In this document: positions 45,275-52,886 of the stretch, in pieces | How positions within the stretch are numbered: the first letter of the stretch is position 1 | Layout: each line of letters begins with the position of its first letter | Assembly: GCA_041908445.1 (NCBI GenBank) | Contig: JAYRFK010000075.1 | Location: 70,503 to 134,502, forward strand | DNA length: 64,000 nt | Reading direction: 5' to 3' | From: Acidimicrobiales bacterium | GTDB taxonomy: Bacteria; Actinomycetota; Acidimicrobiia; Acidimicrobiales; DATDAH01 | Position numbers and translations under genes: made by a program | Notes under the pieces: generated by a model | The model's input: the letters and a program-made list of their open reading frames with translations, nothing else | Told to the model about the DNA's origin: nothing | The model's database searches: none

Positions 45275-46174
45275 CTATTGCACCTGGACGGTCTGGGTGA
45301 CCTGCGCCCGGTAGGCGCCGCCGCCGTAGTCGACCACCTGGGGGCCCGTCATCCGGCGGCCGAGCCGCCCGTAGCGTCGGGCGATGTCGACGGGATGGTC
45401 ACCGAAGGCCGGATCGAAGGCAACGAAGACCTCGACCTCACCCGGGTCGAGGCCGTCGACCCGGAAGGCGAAGCGCTGGTCGATGACCGTGGTCCGCCCG
45501 TAGGGCGCGTTGCAGGGATCGTCGTCGGGCGCCACGTCCACGGGGCACATCGCCGGCCGGTCGGCCCGCTCCAGCGTCCAATTCACATTGGCGCCGTCGG
45601 GCACCGTCGCCGTCCCCTCCACCTCGACCACTCCGACGCTCGGGCTGCGGGCGTCGGCGGTGAGCACCACCCGGGTCGATGCGTCGGCGCCCTCGTCACC
45701 ACCCACGAAGCTGGTCACCTCGTAGCCCCGCTCGTCGTCGACCGTGTCGCTGCGGCCGGCGGCGTCGAAGCGCCGCACCCGGCCGGTCGTCGGGTCGTAC
45801 TCCGCCGTGACCTCCTCGGACGCCTCGATCTCCCCCTCGATCAGGTCGAAGAGCTGCTCCATGGTCGTGAACTCGAGCTCGTCACCGTCGCCCGCCCAGC
45901 GCGGGTCCGTGATCCGCGACACGTCTACCGCAACCCCGTCCGCCACCCGCACCTCGCCGGACAGCGGCGGGCAGAAGCAGCTCCGGGTGAAGCGCCACGT
46001 GTAGTCCTCGATCCCCGCGTCGGCCCAGCGAGCCCGCGCCGCCTCGAGCCGCGCCGCCTCGCCACCGTCATCGCCGTGCCCGAGACCGCATCCTCCGAGC
46101 ACCGCGGCGACGACCAGGAGCGGCACGAGAACGTGTCCGCTGCGGCCTCTGCGTGCTCTGCGGGCGATCGTCAC
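45275..46174 (-). CDS. lipoprotein with CFCPP motif, paralogue A
   Basis: Lipobox AAVLGGC. The N-terminal half (RWADAGIEDYTWRFTRSCFCPPLSGEVRV...DPTTGRVRRF) is collinear with 48134-49120. The GTG start is in a GTGA overlap. Confidence 0.65.
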   Translation of the reverse strand: MTIARRARRGRSGHVLVPLLVVAAVLGGCGLGHGDDGGEAARLEAARARWADAGIEDYTWRFTRSCFCPPLSGEVRVADGVAVDVSRITDPRWAGDGDELEFTTMEQLFDLIEGEIEASEEVTAEYDPTTGRVRRFDAAGRSDTVDDERGYEVTSFVGGDEGADASTRVVLTADARSPSVGVVEVEGTATVPDGANVNWTLERADRPAMCPVDVAPDDDPCNAPYGRTTVIDQRFAFRVDGLDPGEVEVFVAFDPAFGDHPVDIARRYGRLGRRMTGPQVVDYGGGAYRAQVTQTVQVQ

Positions 46175-46479
46175 CAGTCGTCCAGCCGGGTGCCGTGTGG
46201 TCTGTAGACCGACGCGACGTCGCCGAGGAGCACCGACTGCCGGGACCCACCGCCCACCTCGAGCACCAGCCGGTTGGCCGCCTCGTCGACGTCGACCACC
46301 CGTCCCGTCTCGGAGCGCATGCTCTTGGGGCCGAGGTACACGGTGACCGTCCGGCCCCGGTGGTGGCGCAGGAGTTCGGCCCGCGCCCGGCGCGCCCGGG
46401 GCAGCGACCATCGCCCCCGCACGATCGCCGCCACCAACACGGCGACCGCGGCGATCCCGATCACGACGCGAACGGTCAC
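46171..46479 (-). CDS. small membrane-anchored protein
   Basis: 102 aa with an N-terminal TM segment (VVIGIAAVAVLVAAIV) followed by a soluble beta-rich part. It is translationally coupled to lipoprotein A. Confidence 0.5.
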   Translation of the reverse strand: MTVRVVIGIAAVAVLVAAIVRGRWSLPRARRARAELLRHHRGRTVTVYLGPKSMRSETGRVVDVDEAANRLVLEVGGGSRQSVLLGDVASVYRPHGTRLDDW

Positions 46480-46617
46480 CCCGAGATGCTCCCACGTCCC
46501 GCAACGGTCGAGGGGTCCTCCGACCGCGAGCCCGGGCGCGCCGGTGGGGCCGCGCGGGGCGGCCTCACCTGGGCTGGTGTCGGGTCGGGGGTCTCGGGTG
46601 AGCGGTGGGGGCCCGGG

Positions 46618-47901
46618 TCAGGGCTTGGTTCGTCGGCGGCGGACGCGGCCGGTGATGCCGCCGAACTTGGCCCGTTGGTGCTCTTTCCAGAGGTTGTGGC
46701 CGTCGCAGCGGGGTTTGCCGTTGGTGGCGTCGGTGGGGCCGCCGTCGATCCAGGCGAGGATGTGGTCGATCTGGCAGTGGACGGAGCGGATGGGGCAGGT
46801 GGGGTCGTCGCAGGTGGGGAAGGCGATCATCTCGGCGTCGCGTTGCGCTCCGGTGAAGAACCGTCGGTGGCGGCTGTAGTTGAGGGGGTGGCCGTTCTCG
46901 TCGACGGCGAGCACGGCGATCCAGCCGGCGATGGACGCCCAGACGGCTTGTTCGGGGGTGACGGGGGTGCCGTCCGCGAACTCGCAGCGTCGTTCGAACG
47001 GGTAGCGGTGCTGGTCGGGGTCGTCGCCGCGGATCGCGGCGAGGATGCGGGCGAGGGCGACGAGGTAGGTGGCGTGGTCGCACACGATGGTGGTGCCCAG
47101 CGACCGCTGCGCGGGGACGCCGTCGTGGTCGCGGGACGCTTCGGCCATGACGCCGAGTGCGTCGTGGCGGCGCTGGGCGGGGGTGCGCCACAGGTCGTTG
47201 ACGGTGGCGGCGTCGCCGAGGCGTTGCCTCGCTTCAGCCCAGTCGGCGTCGAGGAGTTGTCGGTAGCGGCGGCCGAGCTCGGTGTTGAACACGTGGTACG
47301 TGAGCGGTTCGAGCCACCCGTCGACCTGGCCCATCCCCTCGAAGGTCTGCGAGGCGTGGAGGCGGCGTTCCTCGTAGTTCGACAGGGCCCGCTTCTCGGT
47401 GCCCTCGGGGTCGACGACCTCGCGCCAGCGGCGGACCTCGACGGCGAACTCGTCGAACCGCAGCGTGCGGGCCTTGTCGACCAGCAGCTCCTCGTCGCGG
47501 GCGAACTCGGGGGCAAACGCCTTGAGGTTCACCCGGCACAGGTACTGCACGTGGTCGATCGAGATCTCGCCGAGCTCGAACGCCGCCATCGTGTGGGGCA
47601 TCGTGCGGAGCTTGCGGCCCAGCCCGACCCGCCACCGCACGTCCTCCAACGGCCGGTTGGTCAGGTAGGCGATGCGCAGCGCGGCGGACTGGGCGCTGGT
47701 GGCCTTCCACTCCTTGGCCGCGTCGTAGGCGGCGAGCGCCTCGACCTCGGCGGCATCCAGCATCGAGCGGACCTCGCTGATCGTCACCAACGAGGCCTCG
47801 AGGGTGGCGGCGGGCTCGTTGGCCCACACCACACCCCGGACCTTCTCGGTCGTTTCTCGCAGATGGTCCAGCTCGACACGCACCACGGCCTCTCCCAACA
47901 C
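46618..47901 (-). mobile_element. HNH endonuclease of the DUF222 / REP13E12-like family
   Basis: DUF222-type N-terminal region followed by an HNH/zinc region (FPTCDDPTCPIRSVHCQIDHILAWIDGGPTDATNGKPRCDGHNLWKE). Its GC3 is visibly lower than that of its neighbours. Confidence 0.8.
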
Positions 47902-48056
47902 CGATCAGACAGGAAAAGGCAGCCAGCACTCCAGGCCCCGCTCGTGGCGGCCGGCCCGATACTTCGCCCGTGCTGTGGACTGCGGCGCCGTCTCAGCGCC
48001 GATCAGGGCTGCGAACTGATGTTCGATACCGTAGCCGACAACACCCACCCCCGCAA

Positions 48057-48082
48057 GCGAAAACCCCGGAATCTCGGGGTTT
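48057..48082 (-). terminator. candidate intrinsic terminator downstream of lipoprotein B
   Basis: The minus strand reads aaaccccg-agattc-cggggtttt in a locally low-GC spacer. Confidence 0.45.
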
Positions 48083-48133
48083 CCGCCCCTTCCTCGAGGG
48101 GGAGCGGGCCGAGCCGTCGCCGCTCCACGCCGG

Positions 48134-49120
48134 TCAGCCGGCGGCGCCGCCCCAGGCCTCGTTGACCAGGGTGGCGTCGGGCAGGGTCACCCGGGTGCCG
48201 TCCGGCTTCTCGACCACGAGGCCGGTGAGGTGGACGGTGACGCGGTCGGTGTGGGCGTCGGGGCCAGGCACGGGGCCGTCGAAGGTGATCGTGCCGGCCA
48301 CGACGGGCAGCGACGCCGTCACCCGGCGCTCCGGCGTCCCGGGCGGCACCAGGTCGTTGCACCAGTTGGCGAAGAGGTGCTCGCCGCGGAGCACCGCGAC
48401 CTCCCAGGCCGGGTCGGGCAGCGTGACGGTGGCGGCCGGGTCGCCGGCAGGGGCCACGAAGTCCGCCGTGAGCCCGAGGGTCTGCGCCGCGTTCGACCCC
48501 TGGAAGCCGTGGCCGCAGGGGAAGGACTCGGTCAGGTCGAGCCGGGCGAGCGACGGGCGGTGCTGGGCATCCGGCACGAAGCTGAGCACGTCGTAGCCAA
48601 GCTCGTCGTCGACCCCGGTGGTGATCCGGTCGGCCGTGAAGCTCCGCACCTGGCCGGTCACCGGGTCGTAGTCGACCGTCACCTCGTCCGACCGCTCGAT
48701 CTCGTCGGCGATGACGCCGTACAGCTCCTCCATGGTCGCGAAGTCGAGGTCCTCGGCGTGGCCGTACTCGATCGCGATCGACGACCGGTCCGCCTCGCCG
48801 CCCTCCACCCGCACCTCGGTCGTCATCGGCGGGCAGAAGCAGACCCGCCGGAACGTCCAGCGGTAGTCGTCGATCCCTGCCGCAGCCCACCGCTCCTCCG
48901 CCGCGGCGAGCCGGGCCGACTCGTCGCCCTTCGGGTCGATCTCGGGCAGCGTGGTCGAGCCGCCGGACGCTCCCGTGCTCCCGCCAGACGAGCACGCGCC
49001 CGCCACCAACGCGGCGGCGACGACGAGCCCGGCGAGGAGGCGCACACCGGTCCGACGTTCACCGGAGTGTCGTCGGTTCCGGACGTGTCCCGAGGTGGTC
49101 GTGCCCACCGGCTCAGGCAC
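48134..49120 (-). CDS. lipoprotein with CFCPP motif, paralogue B
   Basis: Lipobox LVAGAC. ERWAAAGIDDYRWTFRRVCFCPPMTTEVRV...DPVTGQVRSF matches paralogue A. The C-terminal half is different. Confidence 0.65.
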   Translation of the reverse strand: MPEPVGTTTSGHVRNRRHSGERRTGVRLLAGLVVAAALVAGACSSGGSTGASGGSTTLPEIDPKGDESARLAAAEERWAAAGIDDYRWTFRRVCFCPPMTTEVRVEGGEADRSSIAIEYGHAEDLDFATMEELYGVIADEIERSDEVTVDYDPVTGQVRSFTADRITTGVDDELGYDVLSFVPDAQHRPSLARLDLTESFPCGHGFQGSNAAQTLGLTADFVAPAGDPAATVTLPDPAWEVAVLRGEHLFANWCNDLVPPGTPERRVTASLPVVAGTITFDGPVPGPDAHTDRVTVHLTGLVVEKPDGTRVTLPDATLVNEAWGGAAG

Positions 49121-49562
49121 CGGGCGCCGGCACGGGCCAAACGCCCCGGCGGCGGAGCTCGGCGTAGTAGCCGTCAGGGTGGAACACGGCCTCGCGCACC
49201 TTGCGGCGCTTGGCCAGCTCGGGACTGGCGGGGTCGGTGATCAGCTGCACCGTGCGGTACGTGACCAGCACGCACCACGAACCCTCCTCCGGGAGGTTCT
49301 CGACGAGCCGGGCCGCGAGGCCCGGCGCCTCGCGGCGGTTGAGCTCCTCGAGCCAGCGGCCGACCGCCACGGCGATGATCTCGTCGGCGCGGTACTCGTC
49401 ATCCGCCTGCCCCGAGCGCCGGCGAGGGCCGGTCGGCAGCACGAGACGTCGCCACCGCTCGAGCTCCTCGACCGTGCAGCCGAGCACCTCGGCGTCCTCG
49501 TCGGTCGAGAGCCGGCGGCGTGCTTCGGTCGCCCCCGACGCTCGTCCGTCCGATGTCCCCAT
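49113..49562 (-). CDS. hypothetical protein with Xis/MerR-like helix-turn-helix
   Basis: LSTDEDAEVLGCTVEELERWRR resembles the excisionase-type HTH. I chose the ATG at 49562. There is an 8-nt overlap with the next gene. Confidence 0.45.
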   Translation of the reverse strand: MGTSDGRASGATEARRRLSTDEDAEVLGCTVEELERWRRLVLPTGPRRRSGQADDEYRADEIIAVAVGRWLEELNRREAPGLAARLVENLPEEGSWCVLVTYRTVQLITDPASPELAKRRKVREAVFHPDGYYAELRRRGVWPVPAPGA

Positions 49563-49634
49563 TTCGGCAACCGTACGGGTGCGGGACGCGACGGGCAGCG
49601 CCGCATCTGCCGCACGGACGGCACCCTGGGAGGC

Positions 49635-50129
49635 ATGACCGTCGCCAGGGAGGCTCGCCCCGTCGTCTACCTCGACGTCGACGGGGCGGTCAGCGCGCTC
49701 TCCGGCTCGCCCGGGTTCGGGGACGGGACGCCGCTGGAGCTCTACGGCGACGTGTTGACCGTCTCGCCGCGGCTGGGCGCCCGGCTGCGGGCGCTCGACG
49801 CGGAGCTGCGCTGGCTGACCACCTGGGGCGTCGATGCGGACGAGATCGGCGCCGCGATGGGCCTGCCCGCCCTGACGGTGGCCGCCGAGCCGCCGATGGA
49901 CGCCACCGCCGGCGGCCCCTGGAAGTTCGCCGCCGTCCGGGCCCAGGTCGGGCACGAGCGCCGGCCGTTCGTCTGGGTCGACGACGAGGCCATCCCCGAC
50001 GCGGCGGACGAGTGGCTCCGCTCGATCGACGTCCCCGGCCTGCTGGTCCGCCCTGACCCCGACCTGGGCCTCACCCCCGCCGACCTGGACGCCGTCGAGG
50101 CGTTCGTCGCCGCTCTGCCGTGGCGCTGA
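49635..50129 (+). CDS. HAD-like hydrolase family protein
   Basis: Motif I VYLDVDGAV and a later WVDDE acidic motif. 164 aa. Confidence 0.5.
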   Translation: MTVAREARPVVYLDVDGAVSALSGSPGFGDGTPLELYGDVLTVSPRLGARLRALDAELRWLTTWGVDADEIGAAMGLPALTVAAEPPMDATAGGPWKFAAVRAQVGHERRPFVWVDDEAIPDAADEWLRSIDVPGLLVRPDPDLGLTPADLDAVEAFVAALPWR

Positions 50130-50134
50130 CCCCG

Positions 50135-50296
50135 ACCCGGCGCATCCGACCGCACCTCGTGCGGCGCGATGCGCCGAGATCAACCCAGCGCAGGGCCGCC
50201 TCCTCGCCACCCGCCACTGCGCCAACCTCAACCCGGCGCAACCAACCGCACCACGTGCGGCACGATGCGCCAGATTCAGCCTGGCGCAGCGAGGGC
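50135..50296. repeat. tandem pair of 62-66-nt structured repeats with a 96-bp period
   Basis: 50135-50196 and 50231-50296 align with roughly 85 percent identity by eye. Each unit contains nested inverted repeats ggcgca(t)c...ccgcac-NNN-gtgcgg...gatgcgcc. Confidence 0.7.
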
Positions 50297-50315
50297 ACGG
50301 GCCGGCGGGGCGCCC

Positions 50316-50528
50316 TCAGTCGTCGTAGGGGTCGGTGTCGTCGGGCTCGTCGAGGAGGTGGATGGCCTTCTCGACCGCGCGGCGGGCGCGGGTGAGGCGC
50401 TTCTCGTCGACGGGCAGCTCGTGGCCGCCGGCATCGATCGACTCCCGCAGGCGGACGATGGCCAGGTCGGCCAACTCCTCGGCGATGGCCTCCAGTCGGC
50501 CCTTGATCTCGTCGAACTCCCCCGCCAT
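50316..50528 (-). CDS. small acidic helical protein, unknown function
   Basis: 70 aa (MAGEFDEIKGRLEAIAEELADL...DEPDDTDPYDD). Its ATG shares one base with the glcF stop. Confidence 0.5.
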   Translation of the reverse strand: MAGEFDEIKGRLEAIAEELADLAIVRLRESIDAGGHELPVDEKRLTRARRAVEKAIHLLDEPDDTDPYDD

Positions 50529-51871
50529 CAGCGTGCTCCGTTCCCCTGCCCGCCGGGCAGGTGCTCGTCCAGGATCTCCATCGGGTGGCGCACGGTGACG
50601 CCGGCGGCGGCGAGGTGCAGCGCGCACCCGGGGTTGGCGCTGGCCACCACGGGGGCGCCGGCGCGAGCGATGGCCCCCAGCTTGCGCTGCCGGATGGCCG
50701 AGGACAAGGCCGGCTGCGTGGCCGAGTAGGCGCCGCCGGCGCCGCAGCACAGCCCCTCGTCGTCGAGCTCGGCCACCTCGACGTACGGCGCGAGGACGGC
50801 CCGCACCGCCGGGTGCACCTTCTGGACGTGGCGCAGGTGGCACGGGTCCTGCACGGCGACGACGGGGCGCCCGCCCGATGATGCCGGCGCCGGCAGGGCG
50901 TCGAGGTGGTCGGCCAACCACTCGTGCACGTCGAGCACGCGGGCGCTGAACGCCGACGCCTCGGGAGTGCCGAGCAGGTGGCCGTAGTCCTTGAGCTGGG
51001 CGCCGCAGCCCGCCGAGTTCACGAGGATCGGGGCGTCGCCCGGCACGGCCGCCATCACCTGCTCGGCCTGGCGCCGGGCGGTGTCCACGAGGCCGGCGTG
51101 GGTGGCCAGCGCCCCGCAGCACCCGGCGGCGCCGCCGGTGGGCCGTACCCCGGCGCCCGCGGCGGTCAGCACCCGGATCGTGGCCTCGTGCACCGGCCGC
51201 TGCCAGGCGTCCATGACGCAGCCGGTGAACAGCCACACGTCGTCGCCCGTAGCCCGCAGCGGCGCCCGGCGGACGGACAGTCGCGGCAGCGCCGGCAGCC
51301 GGGACCGGAGCGACCGGCCCGACCGCTCGTCTGACGAACTGGCTCCCGATTCGATCGCCCTGGCGATCGAATCGGGAGCCAGAACGGAGGTGGTGGATGC
51401 CGACCCGGCGGAGGCGGGCGCCGACCAGGTGGGCGCCGGCGGGACAGGAAGGAGGCGGAGGCGCTGGAGGACGGCCAGGGCGGACGAGCCCGCGAGCAGG
51501 AGGCGGTGGTGGCCGAGCAGGCGGTAGCCGACACGCCGCCACCAGGGCTGGTACCGGGTCTCGGCGGCCAGTGCCGCGCGGGTGCCCTCCATGAGCGCCC
51601 CGAAGGGCACCGCCGACGGGCAGGCGGTCTCGCAGCCCCGGCACTGCACGCACGTGTCCATGGCCTCGGTGAAGGCGGCGTCCATCGGCACGCCCTGGCG
51701 CTCGACGAGGCGCATCGCCGCGATCCGCCCGCGCGGCGACAGGGCCTCGTCGCCGGTCACCCGGAAGGTCGGGCAGTGCGGCAGGCACAGCCCGCAGGCC
51801 ACGCACGACGACAGGGCATCGTCGTCGAGGCGGAGCGGCCCAGTCACCGGCGGACCGGTGGCGTCGCTCAC
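50528..51871 (-). CDS. glcF: glycolate oxidase Fe-S subunit
   Basis: Two ferredoxin-type motifs (CVACGLCLPHCP and CVQCRGCETACP) plus two CCG domains (CCGA...). The start (GTG 51871) is uncertain. Confidence 0.8.
   Translation of the reverse strand: MSDATGPPVTGPLRLDDDALSSCVACGLCLPHCPTFRVTGDEALSPRGRIAAMRLVERQGVPMDAAFTEAMDTCVQCRGCETACPSAVPFGALMEGTRAALAAETRYQPWWRRVGYRLLGHHRLLLAGSSALAVLQRLRLLPVPPAPTWSAPASAGSASTTSVLAPDSIARAIESGASSSDERSGRSLRSRLPALPRLSVRRAPLRATGDDVWLFTGCVMDAWQRPVHEATIRVLTAAGAGVRPTGGAAGCCGALATHAGLVDTARRQAEQVMAAVPGDAPILVNSAGCGAQLKDYGHLLGTPEASAFSARVLDVHEWLADHLDALPAPASSGGRPVVAVQDPCHLRHVQKVHPAVRAVLAPYVEVAELDDEGLCCGAGGAYSATQPALSSAIRQRKLGAIARAGAPVVASANPGCALHLAAAGVTVRHPMEILDEHLPGGQGNGAR
51339..51382. 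repeat. 44-nt near-perfect palindrome inside glcF
   Basis: ctggctcccgattcgatcgcc-ct-ggcgatcgaatcgggagccag. I checked the 21-bp arms base by base. It encodes LAPDSIARAIESGAS in the inter-domain linker. Confidence 0.9.
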
Positions 51872-51965
51872 CGGACAACCACCGGCGGCTCGCCGCCCCG
51901 GTGCAACGGCCGGACGGGGTCGAACGCCGTCGAGGTCCGCCCGGCCTGGGCCACCACCGGCGCGC

Positions 51966-52886
51966 TCACCGGACCACCGCCAGCGGGTCACGGCCCGGGT
52001 TCAGCCGCCCGGTCGGGTCGAGCGCCTCCTTGATGCGCCGGGCGAGGTCGACCACGGGCGCCGGCAGCTCGGGCGCCGGTGCCGGCTCGGCCCGGTGCAC
52101 GACGCCGACGCCGACCTCGGCGAGGAACGTGCCGCCGAGGTCGTCCGTGCCCTCCCCGACGGCGTGCCGGTGGGGGGGCACCGCTGGCGGCCCGTCGACC
52201 GGCGCCAAGCCGAGGCCCGCCAGCACGACGCCCTCGGCGCCCACGTCGGCGTCGTGGCCCTCGAGCCACACCCAGGTCGTGGCCCCGTCCCACAGGATCG
52301 CGGCAGGGCGGTAGAGCGCCGCCCGCACGGCTGCGAGGTCGGCGCCGTCGCCGGCGAACCAGCGGGCGCACGACGGCACCGGCCGCGTGCGCAGCACCAC
52401 CTCGCCGAGCAGTCCGAGCGTGCCGAGCGAGCCCACGAGCAGGCGGCACAGGTCGTAGCCGCTGACGTTCTTCACCGTGGGCCCGCCCACCTTCACGACC
52501 CGACCCTCGGCGGAGACGTAGCGCGCCTCCAGCACGGCGTCGCGCAGGCGCCCCCGCCCCAGTCGGCCGAGACCGTCCCGCCCCACGGCCAGCACCCCGC
52601 CGACGGTGGCCCCCGGTGCGTCGGGCAGCACCGTCGTCTGCCCGGCGCCGGCCAGGGTCGCGTGCAGGTCGGCGACGGTCGTGCCCGCCCCCACCCGCAC
52701 GGTCATCTCCGCCGGTACGTGCTCGACCACGCCGACCGGGGCGCGCACGAGGCGCATCTCGTCGCCGGGCGGCGGTCCACCCACGTTCCACGTGGTGCGC
52801 CCACCCACCACGGCGACCGGTCCGTCGGCGCCAGCGGCGGCCGCCATCTCCTCGAGGCCGACGCCGGCCACCGTCGCCGTCGTCAC
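51966..52886 (-). CDS. glcE: glycolate oxidase FAD-binding subunit
   Basis: FAD_binding_4-like domain (VVGGRTTW..., GGPTVKNVSGYDL). The GTG start is in a GTGA overlap with glcD. Confidence 0.75.
   Translation of the reverse strand: MTTATVAGVGLEEMAAAAGADGPVAVVGGRTTWNVGGPPPGDEMRLVRAPVGVVEHVPAEMTVRVGAGTTVADLHATLAGAGQTTVLPDAPGATVGGVLAVGRDGLGRLGRGRLRDAVLEARYVSAEGRVVKVGGPTVKNVSGYDLCRLLVGSLGTLGLLGEVVLRTRPVPSCARWFAGDGADLAAVRAALYRPAAILWDGATTWVWLEGHDADVGAEGVVLAGLGLAPVDGPPAVPPHRHAVGEGTDDLGGTFLAEVGVGVVHRAEPAPAPELPAPVVDLARRIKEALDPTGRLNPGRDPLAVVR

Noticed and set aside
45043-50300. The islet as an integrated prophage or ICE.
   Set aside because: It has no integrase or recombinase, no tRNA target and no flanking direct repeats that I could see. 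Only an HNH/DUF222 gene and an Xis-like HTH are present, so I treat it as a small accessory islet.
51872-51991. An alternative glcF start at 51991, overlapping glcE by 26 nt.
   Set aside because: The extra 40 residues (MTRWRWSGERAGGGPGRADLDGVRPRP...) look non-protein-like. I prefer GTG 51871, just before the first ferredoxin motif, but this remains uncertain.
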